The notes below the pieces were generated by a model. The model had not been told where the DNA came from and ran no database searches. It was given only the letters and a program-made list of their open reading frames with translations. This document shows positions 60,596 to 64,000 of a stretch of DNA of 64,000 nucleotides, one piece after another (position 1 is the first letter of the stretch; each line of letters starts with the position of its first letter). The stretch is from an uncultured Chloroflexia bacterium (GTDB lineage Bacteria > Chloroflexota > Dehalococcoidia > DSTF01 > JACRBR01). The stretch is taken from assembly GCA_963840385.1 (NCBI GenBank), contig CAWIYS010000001.1, positions 239,411 through 303,410 on the forward strand, read 5' to 3'. Position numbers and translations under genes: made by a program.

Positions 60596-61025
60596 CGCCT
60601 TTCACCCGTTTGGAGCGCGGATACCATTCCGCCAGCCCCCACTTGTTGCCGCCGACCTTAACAACCGTTCCACCCGTTCGTTCCTCGCGGAACAGCAGAG
60701 AGTAGACGGTTCCCGCAAAGCCCTTGCTGTCATTCAGGAGCCCATGCGCCTTAAGGGCTCGGGCGATCACAGGTGCCGCCGTAGGCTGCTTGACGATGCT
60801 CAGGTACTTCTTGGCGGCCGCGAGGATCGGCATGTTGAAGAACGCATCGGAAGGTAGTTCACCTGGCTTGCCAGGTGCCGCCGACCGACTCGCCGTCACC
60901 GACCAACCCGCCGTGGCCCCGGCATCGACAATCATCCGAATTGCGCGGATAGCAGTTTCGAGGGAATCCCGGCGCTGCTCCAAGTCCGCGAGGACCGCGT
61001 TGTAGTCGATTTCGTTCGTAGACAT
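60540..61025 (-). CDS. hypothetical protein (161 aa) in the low-GC island
   Basis: Its 3' end converges on and overlaps the 60362-60595 ORF by 56 nt. Confidence 0.35.
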   Translation of the reverse strand: MSTNEIDYNAVLADLEQRRDSLETAIRAIRMIVDAGATAGWSVTASRSAAPGKPGELPSDAFFNMPILAAAKKYLSIVKQPTAAPVIARALKAHGLLNDSKGFAGTVYSLLFREERTGGTVVKVGGNKWGLAEWYPRSKRVKGATGDQEASDEPTELEQPV

Positions 61026-61418
61026 GCCTATGGCTCCAATCTCCCTGAACCTGTTATGATCAGGGCGAAATGTGACCGTCAGTGGCAGCCCCGACGGTCA
61101 CACGAGAACCGGACCCCACGCGAGAGGCTGCCGATCAGCGTGGGGCCAATGTAGGGCCTTTTCATTGGGCCCTCCTCTAATGCGGTCGATGCTGGCTCTG
61201 ATCCCCATCAGCGGCATCGACCGCTTTATTCTACTCCTATCCATGTGCAAGTCAAGCGCGTAGTGCGGGCGAGGCCACGACTCACCTGCACGTCATTTTG
61301 ACGGCTCGCGTCGGAAGCCGCGCTTAGCAATGGTTACCAATTCTACTACCCCTACAAGAAGCCATGCAGCGCACATTTTCGTATTGACAAAGCCTGACCG
61401 CTCAAGCATAATAAGGGC

Positions 61419-62208
61419 ATGAACCGTTTGTCTACACCAGATCGTGAGCGCATCGTCGGGGCCCTGGTTGAAGGGAACTCCGTACGAGCGACGTGCAGAA
61501 TGACGGGAGCTGCGAAGGGCACCGTTCTTAAGTTGCTCTCTGATCTCGGCTCGGCTTGCTCCTCCTACCAGGATTTGAACCTGCGAGGCCTCTACAGCCG
61601 CCGTATCGAGTGCGACGAGATTTGGGCCTTCTGCTACGCGAAAGCCAAGAACGTGCCGCAAGACCATCGCGGCGAATGGGGTTACGGCGATGTCTGGACA
61701 TGGACAGCAATTGACGCCGACTCCAAGCTCATGATTTCATGGCTCGTGGGAGAACGGGGCGGAACGGATGCGAAGGCGTTTATGTGCGACTTGGTCGAGC
61801 GGCTGAATCAGCGGGTACAAGTCACCACGGACGGGCACCGCGCTTATCTGGATGCTGTGGAACTGGCCTTTGGCCGAGATGTTGACTACGCGGTGATCAT
61901 CAAAGATTACGGCAAGAACCCCGACGAGCCCGAGACACGGTACAGCCCGTCCAAGTGCATCGGTGTAGACCGGCGCGTTGTTCAAGGGAACCCGGACAAA
62001 CGCCATATCTCGACGAGCTACGTTGAGAGACAGAATTTGACGATGCGGATGGGAATGCGTCGGTTCACGCGGCTAACTAACGCCTTCTCAAAGAAGGTCG
62101 AGAGACCTAGCCGCTGCCGTCTCGCTGCACTTCATGCACTACGACTTTGCTCGCGTCCACAAGACGCTTGGTATGACGCCAGCGATGGCAGCCGGTGTCT
62201 CTGATCAT
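61419..62208 (+). CDS. IS1-family transposase (fused InsAB-type) with a -1 frame change near 62095
   Basis: InsB-like motifs [13 protein letters not shown]...[21 protein letters not shown]...[13 protein letters not shown]...[29 protein letters not shown]. The C-terminus [37 protein letters not shown] is in the -1 frame. Confidence 0.65.
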
Positions 62209-62737
62209 GCTTGGTGAGCTTGAGGAAATCGCAGGGGCTTCTCGATTCAAACTGACCCACTGCCGACTGTTCCCCGTCCTCGCCTCCTCCGAATGACTCC
62301 GGCGCCGCCATGTTCCGCGAAATCCGCGCAATCCCTGTTGCCGTCGCCCTCGCGCTTCGCCCGGAGTGACAAGGCCGCTCGGACTTCGCGCGCCCTCCGG
62401 CGTACCATCGCCGCATGCACGCGTACGTCTTCCGCCGTCGCTACTTCGTCCTGCTGCCACGTCCGTCGCTCTGCCGCCGTCTGATTGAATGTCGTGCACT
62501 CAATCAACTTCAATCAACTTCTATCAAATTCAATCAGCCAGAACCCTCCCCGCAGCTTCAGACCGCCCGCCCAAGGGCCCGGAAACAAGAAAACGCGAAA
62601 AACAACATTCAATCAAACGCGAGGGCGCTTCACCCTCGAGCTGGGCCGCTTCCCGTCCTCTGTTCTGCCGCCGGAGGCGGCTGCCCGCTACACTGCGGCA
62701 CATCCACAAAGCTGGCCGGGAGGGGGACGTGTACAAG

Positions 62738-64000
62738 ACCGACTATTGCGGCGACCTGCGCGCAAGCGACGAGGGCCGCGAGATCACGCTCGCGGGCTGG
62801 GTGCACCGCCGGCGCGACCACGGCGGGCTCATCTTCATCGACCTGCGCGATAGCCGCGGCCTGGTGCAGGTCGTCTTCAGTCCCGACGAGCCGGCCGCGC
62901 ACGCCGTCGCCAGCGACGCTCGCGGCGAGTACGTGCTGCGCGTCCGCGGCCGTGTCCAGCGCCGCCGCGCCGGCACCGAGAACGCCAACCTCGCCACCGG
63001 CGAGATCGAGGTGCGCGCCGAGTCCGCCGAATTGCTCAACGCCGCCAAGACGCCGCCGTTCTACATCAACGAGGACTCCGACGTCGACGAGCAGCTGCGC
63101 CTCAAGTACCGCTACCTCGACCTGCGGCGCGAGCGGATGCACGCCAACATCCTCATGCGCCACCGCATCATCGCCTTCATCCGCAAGTTCCTCGACGGAC
63201 CGGCGTTCATCGAGATCGAGACGCCGATCCTCGCCAACCCGACGCCGGAGGGCGCGCGCGACTACCTGGTGCCGAGCCGCGTGCACCCCGGCAACTTCTA
63301 CGCGCTGCCGCAGTCGCCGCAGCAGTTCAAGCAGCTGCTGATGGTGGCCGGCTTCGAGCGCTACTTCCAGATCGCGCGCTGCTATCCGCGACGAGGACCT
63401 GCGCGCCGACCGCCAGCCGGAGTTCACGCAGCTCGACCTGGAGATGAGCTTCGTCGAGCAGGACGACATCCTCGACCTGATGGAGGCGCTCTACCTCGGC
63501 ATCGCCGCCGAGGTGCGGCCCGACCTGCACGTGCCGTCGCCGTTCCCGCGCATCACCTACGCCGAGTCGCTGCGCCGCTTCGGCACCGACAAGCCGGACC
63601 TGCGCTTCGGCATGGAGCTGGTCGACTTCACGCAGGCCGTGCGCGGCACGGAGTTCGTCGTCTTCAAGTCCGCGGTCGACAGCGGCGGCTCGATCGAGGG
63701 GCTGTGCGTCACCGGCGGCGCCGAGTTCTCCCGCAAGGAGATCGACGCGCTGACGGACGTCGTCAAGCAGCTCGGCGCGAAGGGCCTCGTCTCGATCGCC
63801 TTCCTCGCCGAGCCGGCGGCGCCAGCGAGGAGCAGGTGCGCTCGCCCGTCGCTCAAGCACATCGGCCTCGACCTCGTCCGCTCCATCGGCAAGCTCGCCG
63901 ATGCGCACGCCAACGACCTCGTGCTGATCGTCGCCGGGCAGGGCGGCCTGCCGGCGAAGGAGCCCGGCTCGTCGGCGCGCGTCAAGCCCGCGCTCGACGC
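62738..64000 (+). CDS. aspS: aspartate--tRNA ligase, 5' partial in the window, with a frameshift near 63386
   Basis: GTG start gives [41 protein letters not shown] (OB fold). Class II motif 1 ...[23 protein letters not shown] continues in the next frame. The gene runs off the window end. Confidence 0.8.

Larger units (their letters stand above)
59850..62300. mobile_element. Low-GC (about 50%) acquired island carrying orphan ORFs and an IS1-family insertion sequence
   Basis: GC drops sharply at about 59850 and recovers at about 62280. The transposase gene is at 61419-62208. Confidence 0.6.

Noticed and set aside
62500-62737. T-box leader upstream of aspS
   Set aside because: No AANNNGGGTGGTACCGCG T-box motif and no specifier-loop architecture were seen. 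The region is instead dominated by AT-rich 10-bp direct repeats at the island edge.

Overview
This is a high-GC (about 70%) bacterial chromosomal window. Strong GGAGG-type ribosome-binding sites and gene content suggest Chloroflexota/Actinomycetota-like lineage, but that is inference from sequence style only. It is mostly core metabolism and translation. Main gene groups: an enoyl-CoA hydratase; a redox/stress cluster (nitroreductase, two DinB/ClbS-like proteins, DsbA, cupin, TlpA-like thiol-disulfide protein, OsmC); a glycine cleavage operon gcvT-gcvH-gcvPA-gcvPB; a VapBC-like toxin-antitoxin pair; a translationally coupled thyX/DinB-like/larA/CoA-transferase block; cspA; a prepilin peptidase; an oligopeptide-type binding protein; topA-dprA; cell-envelope glycosyltransferases; glmU; alaS-ruvX-mltG; a shikimate cluster aroE-aroC-aroK-aroB; an alcohol dehydrogenase; gap; nnrS; pheS-pheT; a MacB-type ABC pair; nfo; a LysR regulator; and a partial aspS. 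There is one tRNA-Leu(CAA). A roughly 2.8 kb low-GC island (59.85-62.7 kb) carries an IS1-family transposase and orphan ORFs. Non-coding structure includes a dispersed GC-rich REP-like hairpin family (GCGCGGGCT-TTCC-AGCCCGCGC), which is amplified into a 133-bp x 3.5 tandem array inside the shikimate cluster. Two genes carry single in-frame TGA codons; one sits exactly at the redox-cysteine position of the TlpA-like protein, with a hairpin 14 nt downstream, so it is a selenocysteine candidate. An important caveat is that many essential genes (alaS, pheT, glmU, gcvT, gcvPB, aspS and others) are split across reading frames. That pattern looks like assembly indel error, not biology, so every frameshift and stop-codon call here is provisional.
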